DNA of 64,000 nt from Candidatus Geothrix odensensis (GCA_016714685.1 JADKCH010000003.1:26815-90814); one strand, 5' to 3'; counted from the first letter of the stretch, positions 8,643 through 20,427 are shown. Notes: generated from the sequence alone by a model not told the origin. Program-made: numbers and translations.

Positions 8643-9827
8643 TCAGGCCCCTTCGAAGAGGCTCAGGGTGTCATCGAGGCGGCGCAGGATGCCGAGGATC
8701 TTGAAGGGCTCCACCACCACGTAGTCCACGCCGCCCGCGGCAACCGCGTGGTGGCGCTTCTTCGCCTCCTCCTCCTCGGTGCCCAGGAGGATGACCGGCA
8801 CGGGGCAGCCCTCCTGCTCGACGAGCTGGCGGCAGAGCTCCAGCGGGCTGGCCAGACGCAGCTGGTTGTGGATGAGCACCATGCGCACGCGCCCCCAGCC
8901 CCCTTCGCCGCCGCCGGCCCCGCCCAGCTGGGTCTTCACGGGCCCTTTGATGTGGTCGAGCGAGGCGAGTCCGAACTTGCGGCTGAGGGCCTCGCCGAGG
9001 CGTCGGGCGAAGTCCTCCTTCTCGGTGAGCAGGAGGATCAGGGGCTCGCGATCCACGATGAGCTTGAGGGTGGGCAGCGCGGCCGCCCGGTTGATCCGCG
9101 CCGTGGCCTCCTGGAAGCCGCGGGGCGCGAACTCCTCTTTGTCCTGCTGGGCCTGGAGGAGCTGCTGGTCCTGGATCCAGGTGCGGTACTGGTCGAGCAT
9201 CCTCGGATCGGCCTGCTTGGTGAAGCGCAGGCCCACGAGGTTGTCGCCGAAGTAGGCCACGGTGGTGGTCGCACGGAGGCGGAGGTCGCCCTCCAGGGGG
9301 ACATCGAGGAGCGACTCCTCCCCCATGCGCAGCAGCTCCCGGATGTCCTGCTTGGTGTTGCGCAGGACCAGTTCCAGGCCCTCCTCGCCGAAGCTCTGCA
9401 CGGTGCCGTCGATGAGGGCATTTCGGGTGTTGGTGAAAGTGGCCGCGTGGGCCTGGCTGGGGGGGCGGTCGGGGATGAAGTCCGCCAGGCGGTGCAGGTC
9501 GGACCGGCGCAGCACCCGGGGGATGGTGGCCAGGCAGGCCTCCACGCCGTCCAGCACCTCCTGCCCGGCGCAGGCCACCACGCAGTCATACTCCAGCCCC
9601 CGGTCCTTGAGCTTCACCGCCAGGTTTTCCCCCGGCTTCAGGCCCCAGGCGGCGATGTCCTCGTGGGGCATCCGGAAGGCGAAGCGCTCCCCGTCCTCGG
9701 TGAGGATCGGGTAGGCCGCCCGCTGTGCCTTGTAGGCCACGTCGAGGCGGGTGCCCGCCACACAGAGCCGCTGCAGGGCCATGCGGATGCCCGTGGCATC
9801 TTCGAGGAGCGCAGCGGAGCGGCTCAT
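8643..9827 (-). CDS. PilZ-like domain protein with C-terminal pseudo-receiver domain
   Basis: ...VGLRF PilZ-like beta end; C-terminal PVILL...[12 protein letters not shown] receiver-like end; ATGA overlap with the upstream kinase. Confidence 0.55.
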   Translation of the reverse strand: MSRSAALLEDATGIRMALQRLCVAGTRLDVAYKAQRAAYPILTEDGERFAFRMPHEDIAAWGLKPGENLAVKLKDRGLEYDCVVACAGQEVLDGVEACLATIPRVLRRSDLHRLADFIPDRPPSQAHAATFTNTRNALIDGTVQSFGEEGLELVLRNTKQDIRELLRMGEESLLDVPLEGDLRLRATTTVAYFGDNLVGLRFTKQADPRMLDQYRTWIQDQQLLQAQQDKEEFAPRGFQEATARINRAAALPTLKLIVDREPLILLLTEKEDFARRLGEALSRKFGLASLDHIKGPVKTQLGGAGGGEGGWGRVRMVLIHNQLRLASPLELCRQLVEQEGCPVPVILLGTEEEEAKKRHHAVAAGGVDYVVVEPFKILGILRRLDDTLSLFEGA

Positions 9828-12229
9828 GCCGGCCCCCCGGTCAGGGGCGCCACCGCCCCCACGGGCAGCCACAGGGACAGGGCCCGGTGGAGGGCCTCGG
9901 CGCGCACTGGCTTGGCGATGTAGTCATCCATGCCCGCCTCCAGGCACTTCTCCCGGTCGCCGACCATGGCATTGGCGGTCATGGCCACCACCGGGATCCG
10001 GCGGCTGCCCCGCTCCCGCTCGCGGATGCGCCGGGTGGCCTCGAAGCCGTCCATCTCCGGCATCTGGCAGTCCATGAGGATCAGGTCGTAGGCGACGCCC
10101 ATCAGGGCATCCAGGGCCTCGACGCCCGTGGCCACCACGTCGGCCTCGAGGCCGAGCTTCTGGAGCATGATCAGCGCGACCTTCTGGTTCACGAGGTTGT
10201 CCTCCGCCAGCAGGACACGCACCTTCATCGGGCCTTCCCGGGCGGGCACCGGATCGGCGGTGGCCGCCCGGGCGACGCTCAGGCCCTTCGGTTCGAGGAG
10301 TCCCCGCAGCTGGCTGGGGCGGATGGGGAGGGTGAGAAAGCTCTGGATGCCCCGCCGGGCGGCTGTCTCCCGCAGCTCGGGCCGGTAGAGGGGGCTCGCG
10401 AACACGAGGGCGCAGTCCCCGGCCTCGGCCAGGGCCGCATCCAGGGCCTCCGGCCCGGCCAGGAGCAGGGCCCCGGGGCAGCGGACCTCGCGCAACCAAC
10501 CGCCCACCTCGGCCTGCGGTGGCGCGATCCGGGAGGGCACGCCCCAGGCGGCGAACTGCTCGGCAACCATGCGGCCCACCGCCTGCGGCAGGCCCGCCAG
10601 CAGGACGGTGGCGGGCCCGGGGCGCACGGGCGCCTGGCAGCCCCGGGCCTCGAGACCGAGGGTGAACCAGAAGGTGCTGCCCTCGCCCGGCGCACTGGTC
10701 ACGCCGATGCTGCCGCCCATGAGCTCGGCCAGCCGCTTGCAGATGGTGAGCCCCAGGCCCGTGCCGCCGTACTTCCGCGTGGTGGAGCTGTCGCCCTGGA
10801 AGAAGGAGGTGAAGAGCCGGTCCACCACCTCGGGCTTCATCCCGATGCCCGTGTCCCGGACCTCCACGCGGATCAGGGCGTGGCCATCCTCCTGGGATTC
10901 AGGCCGCACGCGGACTTCGACGGAGCCCTCCTGGGTGAACTTGAGGGCGTTGTCCATGAGGTTCGTGAGGATCTGGCGCAGCCGGGTGGGATCGCCCGCC
11001 ACCTGGAGCGGCGTGGCCGGATCGACGAAGATGCCCAGCTCCACACCCTTGGCCTGGGCCTTCACGCCCAGCACCGCCTGGACGTCCTCGATCACGGCCA
11101 GCAGGTCGAACTCCAGCGTCTCGAAGACCAGCTTGCCGGCCTCGATCTTGGAGAAGTCGAGGATGTCGTTGATGAGCGTCAGCAGGGCCTCGCCGCAGGA
11201 CCGCACGGTCTCCGCGTACTGGCGCTGCTCGCCGCCCAGGGGCGTGTCCAGCAGCAGGCCGGTCATGCCGATGATGCCGTTCATGGGTGTGCGGATCTCG
11301 TGGCTCATGTTGGCCAGGAACTCGCTCTTGAGGCCCGACAGCTCCAGGGCCCGGTCCCGGGCCACCGCCAGCTCCCGCGCCGCCTCCTCCAGCTTGATCT
11401 CGGCCCGCCGACGGTCCGTGATGTCGTGGAACTGCCAGAGGTGGCCCAGGTATTCCTCGCCCACGGCGATGGGCACGAAGTCCATGGCCATGATGCGGCC
11501 GTCGCGCAGCTCGAACTCGTCGCCCTGCGAGGGGCAGCGGGCCACGCCCAGGACCTCGAGGCGGGCCAGGAAACCCGCCCGATCCACCAGCAGGGGCAGG
11601 CACTCTCTCAGCAGGTCCCGGGAGTCGCTTTCCACCAGCACGTGGGCGGGCACCGGCACCTGGAACATGCGGCAGAAGGTCTCGTTCAGCAGAGCGATCT
11701 TCCGCCCCTCGGTCTCCACGAGGATGCCCGCCTGCATGTTCTCGATGAGGGCCCGCAGGCGGCTGGTGGCCACGCGGAGGACGATCTCGGTGTGCTTGCG
11801 CTCCGTGATGTCGCTGAGCGTGCCCGATACCCCCAGGACCACGCCCCCCTCATCGAAGGCGATGCGCTGGTGGGCCGTCACCCACTTCACGTCCCCGGCC
11901 TTGGTGGGGATCCGGAATTCGCCTTCGAAGACGGCCTGCCCCGTGTCCACGGCGTAGGTGAGCATGTTCAGGTAGCGGGGGTTGTCGGCCGGGTGCAGGT
12001 GGCCCAGGAAGGACTGCCCCAGGCACTCCTCCACGGCGAAGCCCGTCAGCTCGGTCCAGGCGGGGTTCAGGAAGGCCCACCGGCCCTGGCGGTCGATCTG
12101 GAAGATCACTTCTTTCAAGTCTTCGACCAGGCTCCTGAAGCGGTCGGCCTCGGCCTGGACCGAGGCCAGCCGGGCCTCGAGGGCGGCCATGGACAGGCTG
12201 GACTGGGAGACCTGGGCGTCGGTGGACAT
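9824..12229 (-). CDS. Cytoplasmic PAS-PAS hybrid sensor histidine kinase/response regulator
   Basis: H-box [16 protein letters not shown]-box [22 protein letters not shown]; receiver AEDN...[11 protein letters not shown]...KP. Confidence 0.93.
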   Translation of the reverse strand: MSTDAQVSQSSLSMAALEARLASVQAEADRFRSLVEDLKEVIFQIDRQGRWAFLNPAWTELTGFAVEECLGQSFLGHLHPADNPRYLNMLTYAVDTGQAVFEGEFRIPTKAGDVKWVTAHQRIAFDEGGVVLGVSGTLSDITERKHTEIVLRVATSRLRALIENMQAGILVETEGRKIALLNETFCRMFQVPVPAHVLVESDSRDLLRECLPLLVDRAGFLARLEVLGVARCPSQGDEFELRDGRIMAMDFVPIAVGEEYLGHLWQFHDITDRRRAEIKLEEAARELAVARDRALELSGLKSEFLANMSHEIRTPMNGIIGMTGLLLDTPLGGEQRQYAETVRSCGEALLTLINDILDFSKIEAGKLVFETLEFDLLAVIEDVQAVLGVKAQAKGVELGIFVDPATPLQVAGDPTRLRQILTNLMDNALKFTQEGSVEVRVRPESQEDGHALIRVEVRDTGIGMKPEVVDRLFTSFFQGDSSTTRKYGGTGLGLTICKRLAELMGGSIGVTSAPGEGSTFWFTLGLEARGCQAPVRPGPATVLLAGLPQAVGRMVAEQFAAWGVPSRIAPPQAEVGGWLREVRCPGALLLAGPEALDAALAEAGDCALVFASPLYRPELRETAARRGIQSFLTLPIRPSQLRGLLEPKGLSVARAATADPVPAREGPMKVRVLLAEDNLVNQKVALIMLQKLGLEADVVATGVEALDALMGVAYDLILMDCQMPEMDGFEATRRIRERERGSRRIPVVAMTANAMVGDREKCLEAGMDDYIAKPVRAEALHRALSLWLPVGAVAPLTGGPA

Positions 12230-12331
12230 GCCTGTTCCTCTTCGGCCGGGTTGGGGCGGGACCTGAAAAAAGATTTCTTGTTTTTTTCGCTTTTTGCACC
12301 AAACTGGAAAGCACCCCTTCCGGAGGAACCC

Positions 12332-13390
<1,059 letters not shown>

Positions 13391-13428
13391 AACCCATCAG
13401 CTGCGGCCTTTTGGAAGGGGTCGGCAGG

Positions 13429-13466
13429 CGGCGGCGGTGTCCTTCGGGGCCGCCGCCGTTTTGTTT
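13429..13466 (+). terminator. Intrinsic terminator after recA
   Basis: cggcggcgg...ccgccgccg stem followed by ttttgttt. Confidence 0.75.
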
Positions 13467-13532
13467 CCATCAGGCACCCCGGAGGCAATACCTGTCGCGT
13501 CAGCTATCATGGCCGGTCCCTCCGAGGTGCCC

Positions 13533-14489
13533 ATGGCCAGCCCCGCCTTCCAGGTCGAAACGGTCCACCTCTCCCAGTTCCGCGAGGGCACTGCCAAGGA
13601 CCGCGCCGAGTTCATCCGCGTGCTGGGGGACAGCTTCCGGCACACGGGCTTCGTGAAGGTGGCCGGCCATCAGGTGAAGCCGACGGATGTGGAGGGTGCC
13701 TACTCTGCGGCCCGGGCTTTCTTCGCCCTGCCCGAGGAGGCCAAGCGCCGCTACCTGGTGCCTGGCTCCGGTGGGGCCCGGGGCTTCACGGCCTTCGGCA
13801 GCGAGCACGCCAAGGACAATCCCGTGGGCGATCTCAAGGAGTTCTGGCACGTGGGCCAGGAGCTGCCCGCGGAGCATCCCCTCAAGGCCGCCTATGGCGA
13901 CAACCTCTGGCCCGAGGCCGAGGTGCCGGGCTTCAGGGCCCACACCCTGGCCCTCTACCGGGCCCTGGAGGCCTGTGCCGGCACCCTGCTCGAGGCCCTG
14001 GCCCTCTACCTGGGCCTGCCCGAGCGCCACCTTGCGGACATGATCACGGACGGCAACTCCATCCTGCGCATCATCCACTACCCCGCCCTGCGGGATCGGT
14101 ACATCCCGGGCGGCGTGCGCAGCTCCGCCCACGAGGACATCAACCTCATCACCCTTCTGCCCGCGGCCACGGACTCGGGCCTGCAGCTGCTGGACCGGAA
14201 CGGAACCTGGCGCGCCGTGGACGGCCTGGCCGGCGAGATCGTGGCCGACGCCGGCGACATGCTGAGCCGCCACCTGAACCTCAAGATCCCCAGCACCACC
14301 CACCGCGTGGTCAATCCCGACGATCCGGAGGCCGTGCGCTACTCCATGCCCTTCTTCTGCCATCCCCGGCCCGAGGTGGTCCTGGACTGTCCTGAGTCCC
14401 TGCTGGAACCCGGCGAGGCCCGGCGCTTCGAGCCCATCACCGCCCACGCCTTTTTGCTCCAGCGGCTCCGGGAGATCGGCCTGATCTGA
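13533..14489 (+). CDS. 2-oxoglutarate/Fe(II)-dependent oxygenase, isopenicillin N synthase family
   Basis: HEDINLITLL (HxD), STTHRVVNP (H), RYSMPFF (RxS); RBS GAGGT. Confidence 0.92.
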   Translation: MASPAFQVETVHLSQFREGTAKDRAEFIRVLGDSFRHTGFVKVAGHQVKPTDVEGAYSAARAFFALPEEAKRRYLVPGSGGARGFTAFGSEHAKDNPVGDLKEFWHVGQELPAEHPLKAAYGDNLWPEAEVPGFRAHTLALYRALEACAGTLLEALALYLGLPERHLADMITDGNSILRIIHYPALRDRYIPGGVRSSAHEDINLITLLPAATDSGLQLLDRNGTWRAVDGLAGEIVADAGDMLSRHLNLKIPSTTHRVVNPDDPEAVRYSMPFFCHPRPEVVLDCPESLLEPGEARRFEPITAHAFLLQRLREIGLI

Positions 14490-14500
14490 CCCGGCTCAAG

Positions 14501-15733
14501 TCACTCCGAGTCCTGCACTCCCAATCCCGCGCCCTGCAGGTGGCGCGGCAGTGGTGCGGCGCCCTGGGAATTGAAAGGCGCGCCAGGACCGGGGCCGGGT
14601 CGGGGCGCGGCGCCACGGTTGCCCGCCGGGGTCTGGAGGGACTTCATCTGCTCGGCGGTGGCGAACTGCTCCAGGCGGGACAGCTGGTCGGCCGTGGGGA
14701 AGCCCTCGTAGCGCACGCGCCGTGGCCCCCAGATGCTGACTGCCTCGCCCTTGAGCTCGTGGATGCGGGGCAGGGTCTGGCGGGTGAAGATCCCCAGCGG
14801 CTCGCCATTCCTGGCCGAGAAGGCGATGAGGTCGGTCTCGGGCAGCAGGATGGGTGCGCCTTCGTTCCAGAGGGCCATGGTGAGCGGCTTCCCCTGGCTG
14901 GTCTTCACCATGGAGACCGTGGCGGGCAGGCCGAGGGCGGGATCCAGATCCAGTTCCTGCTGGCGCAGGGCCTGCAGCAGGTCCATGTGCTTCAGCTCCC
15001 GCTGGGGCGCCGACATGGGGTGGGGATCCTGGAGCCGGGCGGTCATGAGCTTGTCGTGGATGCGCTCGATGACGGCCAGCTGCAGCGGCTTCGCGCCGGA
15101 CTGGAGGCTGCGGCCCACCTCGTCCATGAGCTTGGGCAGCAGGATCTGGGGCACGGCCAGGAGGGTGTCGGCAGAGGGGATGGCGAGAAAGGGATGCTGG
15201 TCCTTGAAGAGGCCATGCCAGAGCTCAGGAAGCAGCAGCCGGGCCGCGTCCAGGCCATCCCGCCAGGGGCTGCGGTAGGCGCCCGAGGGCAGGCGCTCGA
15301 AGCTGCCCTCGCTCCGATGCTTGAGGTGATCCAGCGCCAGCTCCAGCACATCGTCGGCGGACTGGTCCCACAGCGTCAGCCAGGCGGCGGGCATGACCCT
15401 GTCGCCCACGCGGATCCGCTGGCTCAGGCCATCGATGAAGCCCCGGCACCAGAGGCCTTCGCGCTCCGCCTGCCAGGCGGGCACCAGTTCCGGAAGGAGG
15501 TGGTCCTGGGCCTCGACCCAGGGTTCCGGCAGGGGCAGGTCCTGCCCGTGGAGCTCGGCCACGGCCGCCACCCAGGCCTCCCGTTCCTCCGCCTTGCGAT
15601 GGGCCTCGAAGCCCGGGGCCAGCGCCGCCAGCCCGGGCAGTTCCCCGGGCAGCCCCCGGGCCTCCAGCAGGGCCGCCAGACCCGGCAGAGGCGCCTCGTC
15701 GGCGCGGGAGAAGAATCGATCAAACAAGCCCAT
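14501..15733 (-). CDS. Hypothetical protein (possibly DUF1444-like)
   Basis: MGLFDRFF start, GC3-biased frame and W..S.DDVLELALDHL segment; divergent from moaA. Confidence 0.65.
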   Translation of the reverse strand: MGLFDRFFSRADEAPLPGLAALLEARGLPGELPGLAALAPGFEAHRKAEEREAWVAAVAELHGQDLPLPEPWVEAQDHLLPELVPAWQAEREGLWCRGFIDGLSQRIRVGDRVMPAAWLTLWDQSADDVLELALDHLKHRSEGSFERLPSGAYRSPWRDGLDAARLLLPELWHGLFKDQHPFLAIPSADTLLAVPQILLPKLMDEVGRSLQSGAKPLQLAVIERIHDKLMTARLQDPHPMSAPQRELKHMDLLQALRQQELDLDPALGLPATVSMVKTSQGKPLTMALWNEGAPILLPETDLIAFSARNGEPLGIFTRQTLPRIHELKGEAVSIWGPRRVRYEGFPTADQLSRLEQFATAEQMKSLQTPAGNRGAAPRPGPGPGAPFNSQGAAPLPRHLQGAGLGVQDSE

Positions 15734-15794
15734 ATCTGCGTATCCGTCCAAACAATCCATTGTGACCGCACGGGGGGATTTATGCTTGTGGGAT

Positions 15795-16799
15795 ATGCAG
15801 CCCCTCGACGCCCTGGGTCGGCCCCTCAAGGCCCTCCGCCTCTCGGTCACCGACCGGTGCAATTTCCGCTGCACCTACTGCATGCCCCGGGAGGTCTTCG
15901 GCCCGGACTACGCCTTCCTGCCCCGGGAGGCCCTGCTCAGCTTTGAGGAGATCACGCGCCTGGTGCGGATCTTCACGGGGCTGGGCGTCTCCAAGCTACG
16001 CCTCACGGGGGGCGAACCCCTCCTGCGCCGGGAACTGCCGGCCCTGGTGCGGATGCTGGCCGCCCTGCCCGGCATCGAGGATCTGGCCCTGACCACCAAC
16101 GGGGTGCTGCTGCCCGAGCTGGCGCCCGCCCTGCGGGCCGCTGGCCTGAAGCGGCTCACCGTGAGCCTGGACACCCTGCGGCCGGACCGCTTCCAGGCCC
16201 TCAGCGACACGGACCTGCCCCTGGCCCGGGTGCTCGCGGGCCTCGAGGCGGCCCGCTCCGCCGGCTTCGGCCCCCTGAAGCTCAACTGCGTCCTGCAGCG
16301 CGGCGTGAATGACGACGAGATCCTTGATTTGGCCGCCTTCGCCCGCGAGGGGGGCCACACCCTGCGCTTCATCGAGTTCATGGACGTGGGCACCACCAAC
16401 GGCTGGCGCCTGGAGTCCGTGGTCCCCGCCGACGAAGTGCATCGCATCCTCCACGCCCGCTGGCCCCTGGTCCCCCTCCACACCGCCCAGGGCGCCGTGG
16501 CCCGGGGCTGGCAGTACGCCGACGGGAAGGGCGAGGTGGGGCTCATCGCCTCCGTCACGGCCCCCTTCTGCCGCAGCTGCGACCGCGCCCGCCTCTCCGC
16601 CGACGGACACCTCTACACCTGCCTCTTCGCTGAGGGGAGCCTGGACCTGAAGGGCTTCCTCCGGAGCGGCCACGGGGACACCGACCTCGCCTCGCTGCTG
16701 GCCTTCCACTGGAAGCGCAGGGCCGATCGCTATTCCGAATTGCGGCGCAGCGCGACCCCGGGCCTTCCCCGCGTCGAGATGTCCCGCATTGGCGGCTGA
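15795..16799 (+). CDS. moaA: GTP 3',8-cyclase (molybdenum cofactor biosynthesis)
   Basis: LRLSVTDRCNFRCTYCMP radical-SAM motif; PFCRSCDRARLSADG..YTCLF; C-terminal MSRIGG. Confidence 0.97.
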   Translation: MQPLDALGRPLKALRLSVTDRCNFRCTYCMPREVFGPDYAFLPREALLSFEEITRLVRIFTGLGVSKLRLTGGEPLLRRELPALVRMLAALPGIEDLALTTNGVLLPELAPALRAAGLKRLTVSLDTLRPDRFQALSDTDLPLARVLAGLEAARSAGFGPLKLNCVLQRGVNDDEILDLAAFAREGGHTLRFIEFMDVGTTNGWRLESVVPADEVHRILHARWPLVPLHTAQGAVARGWQYADGKGEVGLIASVTAPFCRSCDRARLSADGHLYTCLFAEGSLDLKGFLRSGHGDTDLASLLAFHWKRRADRYSELRRSATPGLPRVEMSRIGG

Positions 16800-16812
16800 C
16801 CCGAGGAACCCT

Positions 16813-17799
16813 ATGCGACTTCCCAGTTCCCTGCTCCTGGCGGCCCTCACCACGCTCCTGGTGGCCGCCCCTCCAGCCGCGGTGGTCCACGGCGGCGCCG
16901 GCAGCCCCCGCCTTCGCATGGATGGCACGGACCGCGCCGCGGCCAAGGCCCTGGCCGAACTGAAGGCCGGGCGCGGCGCCCTGGACGCGGCCCTGGCCGG
17001 CGTGGTGGTCCTGGAGGACGATCCCCGCTTCAACGCGGGCACCGGCGCCAACATCCGCCTGGACGGCAAGACCATCCAGATGGACGCCGCCTGCATGGAA
17101 GGCGGCACGGGTGGGTTCGGCGCCGTGGCGGCCATCGAGCGGGTGAAGAATCCCGTCCTGGTGGCGCGGAAGGTCATGGACACGCCCCACCTCCTCATCG
17201 TGGGCGAGGGCGCCACGCGCTTCGCCCGGGCCATGGGCTTTCCCGACTACGACCCCACCTGCCCCGAGAACCGGGCCCGCTTCAAGCGCGTGAAGGACAT
17301 CCTCCAAGGCAGCGACCCGCGCCAGATCGAGGCCTGGAAGCGCTACGACTGGCAGAAGGGGTGGAACTTCCCCACGCCGCTGAAGGAGGCCCTGGGCTCG
17401 CCCGACACCGTGGGCTGCGTCACGCGCGATGCGAAAGGCCACTTCGCCGCGGCCATCAGCACCGGCGGCACCACCATCACCTTCTACGGCCGGGTGGGCG
17501 ATGTGCCCATGTTCGGCGCGGGCATCTACGCGGGGCCGAAGGGCGCCGTGGCCTGCACGGGCAACGGCGAGGACATCGTCAGGCACCTGGTGGCCAAGGC
17601 CGCCTATGATCTGCTGGCGAAGGGCCTTCCCGCCCAGGAGGTCGTGGACCGCACTCTGGCCGCGTTCCCGGAGCGCATCGACCTCGGCCTGGTCGCCATC
17701 GGCCCCGACAGCACCGGCGGCGGCTGCAACTTCTCCGCCGAGAAGAAGCAGTTCGTGAAGGACTACAAGAACCAGATGGCCTGGAGCGTGGCGCAGTAG
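16813..17799 (+). CDS. Isoaspartyl peptidase/L-asparaginase (Ntn hydrolase) with signal peptide
   Basis: VHGGAG, LEDDPRFNAG, DTVG nucleophile Thr, STGG, GRVGD. Confidence 0.9.
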   Translation: MRLPSSLLLAALTTLLVAAPPAAVVHGGAGSPRLRMDGTDRAAAKALAELKAGRGALDAALAGVVVLEDDPRFNAGTGANIRLDGKTIQMDAACMEGGTGGFGAVAAIERVKNPVLVARKVMDTPHLLIVGEGATRFARAMGFPDYDPTCPENRARFKRVKDILQGSDPRQIEAWKRYDWQKGWNFPTPLKEALGSPDTVGCVTRDAKGHFAAAISTGGTTITFYGRVGDVPMFGAGIYAGPKGAVACTGNGEDIVRHLVAKAAYDLLAKGLPAQEVVDRTLAAFPERIDLGLVAIGPDSTGGGCNFSAEKKQFVKDYKNQMAWSVAQ

Positions 17800-17804
17800 C
17801 GCCA

Positions 17805-19127
17805 CTACGGCTCCCGGATCATCTGCGCGATGAGGAAGGCCATCTCCAGGCTCTGGCTGCGGTTCAGCCTCGGGTCGCAACCGCTGCGGTAGGCCCGCTC
17901 GAGGTCCGCCTCGTCCAGGCGCTCCATGCCGCCGGTGCACTCCGTGACGGGCTCGCCCGTGAGCTCGAAGTGCACCGCGCCCATGCGCGAACCGTGGGCG
18001 CGGTGGAGGGCCGCGACCTCCTGCAACTCCTGGAGGATGTCCCCGAAGGCGCGGGTTTTAAGACCACCGGCCGCCTGGCGGCCGTTGCCATGCATGGGAT
18101 CGCAGCTCCACAGGACGGGGTGGCCCTCGGCGCGGGCCGCCTCGATGAGGGCCGGCAGCACGGCCTCGGCCCGCCCCGCGCCGAAGCGCGTGATGAGGGT
18201 GAGGCGGCCGGGTCTGCGCTCGGGGTCCAGAATCGACAGTGTTTGCCGCAGGGCCTCCGGCGTCATGGAAGCCCCCACCTTCAGGCCGATGGGATTGGCG
18301 ATGCCCCGGATGTACTCCAGGTGAGCGTGGTCCAACTGCCTGGTGCGCTCGCCGATCCAGAGGAAGTGGGCCCCCAGGTTGTAGTGGCGGTCGAACTCGG
18401 GCACGAAGCGGGTGAGGGCCGTCTCGAAGGGCAGGTGCAGGGCCTCGTGGCTGGTGAACAGCTCGCCGGTGCGGAGGTGCTCCGGCAGCCCGCCCAGGCG
18501 CTGGACGAAATCCAGCGAGTTCCGCACCTGGTCGAGGGTTTCCAGGTAGTGGCCCGCGTCCTCCCGGCTCCAGGTCAGGTCCCAGTGCTCGGGATGCTGC
18601 AGGTCCGCGAAGCCCCCATCCACCAGGGCCCGCAGGTGGTTCAGGGTGGCGGCGGCCCGGTGGTAGGCCTCCAGCAGGCGGGCGGGGTCGGCCTCCCGCT
18701 GATCCACCCCCAGGCCGTTGATGAGGTCGCCCCGGTAGACCGGCACCTCCTCCCCGTTGACCAGCTCCGTGAGGCCGCTGCGGGGCTTGGCGTATTGCCC
18801 GGCGATGCGTCCCAGGTGGATGACCCCGGTGCGCCCGCCGTGGGTGATGAGCACGGACATCTGGAGCAGCACGCGCAGCTTGTCCTGGATGATGGGGCCG
18901 CGGCAGTCCCGGAAGGCCTCGGCGCAGTCGCCCCCCTGCAGGAGGAAGCGCTGGCCCGCGGTGGCTTCCGCCAGCAGCTTCTGGAGGGAGTCCACTTCCT
19001 CGGCCACCACCAGGGGCGGCAGCTCGCGCAGTTCCGCCAGCACGGTGTCGACGGCGGCGGGATCGCCGTAGACGGGCTGCTGAGCGGCAGGCATCCCCCG
19101 CCAGGAATCGGGGGTCCAGGGCTTCAT
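17805..19127 (-). CDS. Class II DAHP synthase (3-deoxy-7-phosphoheptulonate synthase)
   Basis: WTPDSWR, QGGDCAE, GRIAGQYAKPRS, WIGERTRQ, DPMHGN, CDPRLN. Confidence 0.96.
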   Translation of the reverse strand: MKPWTPDSWRGMPAAQQPVYGDPAAVDTVLAELRELPPLVVAEEVDSLQKLLAEATAGQRFLLQGGDCAEAFRDCRGPIIQDKLRVLLQMSVLITHGGRTGVIHLGRIAGQYAKPRSGLTELVNGEEVPVYRGDLINGLGVDQREADPARLLEAYHRAAATLNHLRALVDGGFADLQHPEHWDLTWSREDAGHYLETLDQVRNSLDFVQRLGGLPEHLRTGELFTSHEALHLPFETALTRFVPEFDRHYNLGAHFLWIGERTRQLDHAHLEYIRGIANPIGLKVGASMTPEALRQTLSILDPERRPGRLTLITRFGAGRAEAVLPALIEAARAEGHPVLWSCDPMHGNGRQAAGGLKTRAFGDILQELQEVAALHRAHGSRMGAVHFELTGEPVTECTGGMERLDEADLERAYRSGCDPRLNRSQSLEMAFLIAQMIREP

Positions 19128-20230
19128 CGCGCACCTTCCATGGGGGCCTGCGGGTAGCTGCCCAGCACCTTCAGGGAGGCGCAGGCGCTCTGGAGTTCGA
19201 CGAGGGCTTCGGCCATGGAGGCATCCTCCGCATGGCCCTCCACATCCAGGAAGAAGGCGTACTCCCAGAGCTTCCGCCGGGTGGGCCGGCTCTGGATGCG
19301 GCTCAGGTTCAGGCCGCGACGGGCGAGGGGTTCCAGCAGGCGCAGCAGGGCGCCCGGACCATCCTGCGCCATGGCCAGCAGGGTGGTCCGGTCCCGGCCT
19401 GAGGGCTCCGCGGCCTTGGGCCCCAGCACCACGAAGCGGGTGGCATTGGCGGCGAGATCCTGGATGCGCGTCTCCGCCACGCGGAGGCCGAAGAGCTCCG
19501 CCGCCAACTCCGAGGCCACCGCCGCCCCCTCGCCATCCTCCCGGGCGAGCCGGGCCGCCTCGGAGGTGGAAGGTGCCTCGATGCGGTCGGCCTGGGGCAG
19601 GTGGGCCTCCAGCCAGCGGCGGCACTGGCCCAGGGCCTGGGGGTGGGAGTAGACCCGCCGGACGCTGCCGAGATCCAGGCCCGGGTGCACCAGCAGGGCC
19701 TGGTCCACGGGCAGCAGGATCTCCGCGCAGATGCGCAGCGGGCTGTCGAGGAAGGCGTCGAGGGTGGAATCCACGGCCCCTTCCGTGGCGTTCTCCACGG
19801 GCACCACGCCGTAGTCGGCGCGGTCCCGCTCCACCGCCTGGAACACGGCCTGGATGGTGCCCTGGGGCAGGGCCTGGCTGGAGCCGCCGAACTGCTGCCG
19901 GGCCGCCAGGTGCGTGAAGGTGCCTTCGGGCCCCAGGAAGGCCACCCGCAGCGGCTTCTCCAGGCTCAGGCAGGCGCTCATGATTTCCTGGAAGATGGTG
20001 CGGACGGCGGCATCCGGGAAGGGCCCGGCGTTCGCCGCCTCCAGCCGCGCGAGGATCTCCCGCTCGCGCCTGGGAGCATGGAAGAGGGCCTCCGGGGCCG
20101 CCTCGGACTTCAGGCGCCCCACCTCCGCGGCGAGGCCAGCCCTTCGGTTGAGCAGGGCCAGCACCTGGTCGTCCACCGAGTCGATGGCCTGGCGGAGGTC
20201 GGCGAGGGACTGGGGATCAGGCTGGGTCAT
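19124..20230 (-). CDS. pheA: Bifunctional chorismate mutase/prephenate dehydratase (P-protein)
   Basis: LADLRQAIDSVD CM domain; FLGPEGTFT, VPVEN, SHPQALGQC, NATRFVV; ACT domain QSRP. Confidence 0.96.
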   Translation of the reverse strand: MTQPDPQSLADLRQAIDSVDDQVLALLNRRAGLAAEVGRLKSEAAPEALFHAPRREREILARLEAANAGPFPDAAVRTIFQEIMSACLSLEKPLRVAFLGPEGTFTHLAARQQFGGSSQALPQGTIQAVFQAVERDRADYGVVPVENATEGAVDSTLDAFLDSPLRICAEILLPVDQALLVHPGLDLGSVRRVYSHPQALGQCRRWLEAHLPQADRIEAPSTSEAARLAREDGEGAAVASELAAELFGLRVAETRIQDLAANATRFVVLGPKAAEPSGRDRTTLLAMAQDGPGALLRLLEPLARRGLNLSRIQSRPTRRKLWEYAFFLDVEGHAEDASMAEALVELQSACASLKVLGSYPQAPMEGAR

Positions 20231-20247
20231 GGCTGCTCCTGAATGCG

Positions 20248-20276
20248 AAAACCCCCGAGCCGTGAGGTCTCGGGGG
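20248..20276 (-). terminator. Attenuator terminator upstream of pheA
   Basis: Minus strand reads cccccgag-acctcacgg-ctcggggg-tttt, ending about 18 nt before the pheA ATG. Confidence 0.8.
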
Positions 20277-20298
20277 CGATGGCGGAAGCGGTTTCGTT

Positions 20299-20367
20299 CT
20301 AGACGCCGCCTGGCCTCGCACCCGAGGTGCGGAAGCTAAAGGTGAAGTTGCGGCGGGAGGTCGACAT
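20299..20367 (-). CDS. Putative pheA operon leader peptide (22 aa, MSTSRRNFTFSFRTSGARPGGV)
   Basis: ATG 20367 to TAG 20299, with three clustered Phe codons, immediately upstream of a terminator hairpin and pheA. Confidence 0.7.
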   Translation of the reverse strand: MSTSRRNFTFSFRTSGARPGGV

Positions 20368-20427
20368 ATCAGTCCTGACACCTTGCCTGAACCGAGGCGC
20401 TTCCGCAAGGGGAGGTGAAGACAGTTG

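Noticed and set aside
9725-12331. Apparent ~870-aa N-terminal extension of RecA in the ORF track
   Set aside because: It is antisense to the hybrid kinase. RecA homology and a GGAGG RBS begin at ATG 12332.
12230-12331. LexA/SOS box upstream of recA
   Set aside because: No convincing match to the CTGT-N8-ACAG, GAAC-N4-GTTC or GTTC-N7-GTTC patterns by eye.
15734-15794. Moco riboswitch or Crp site upstream of moaA
   Set aside because: The gap is only ~60 bp, and TGTGA at 15761 lacks a second half-site.
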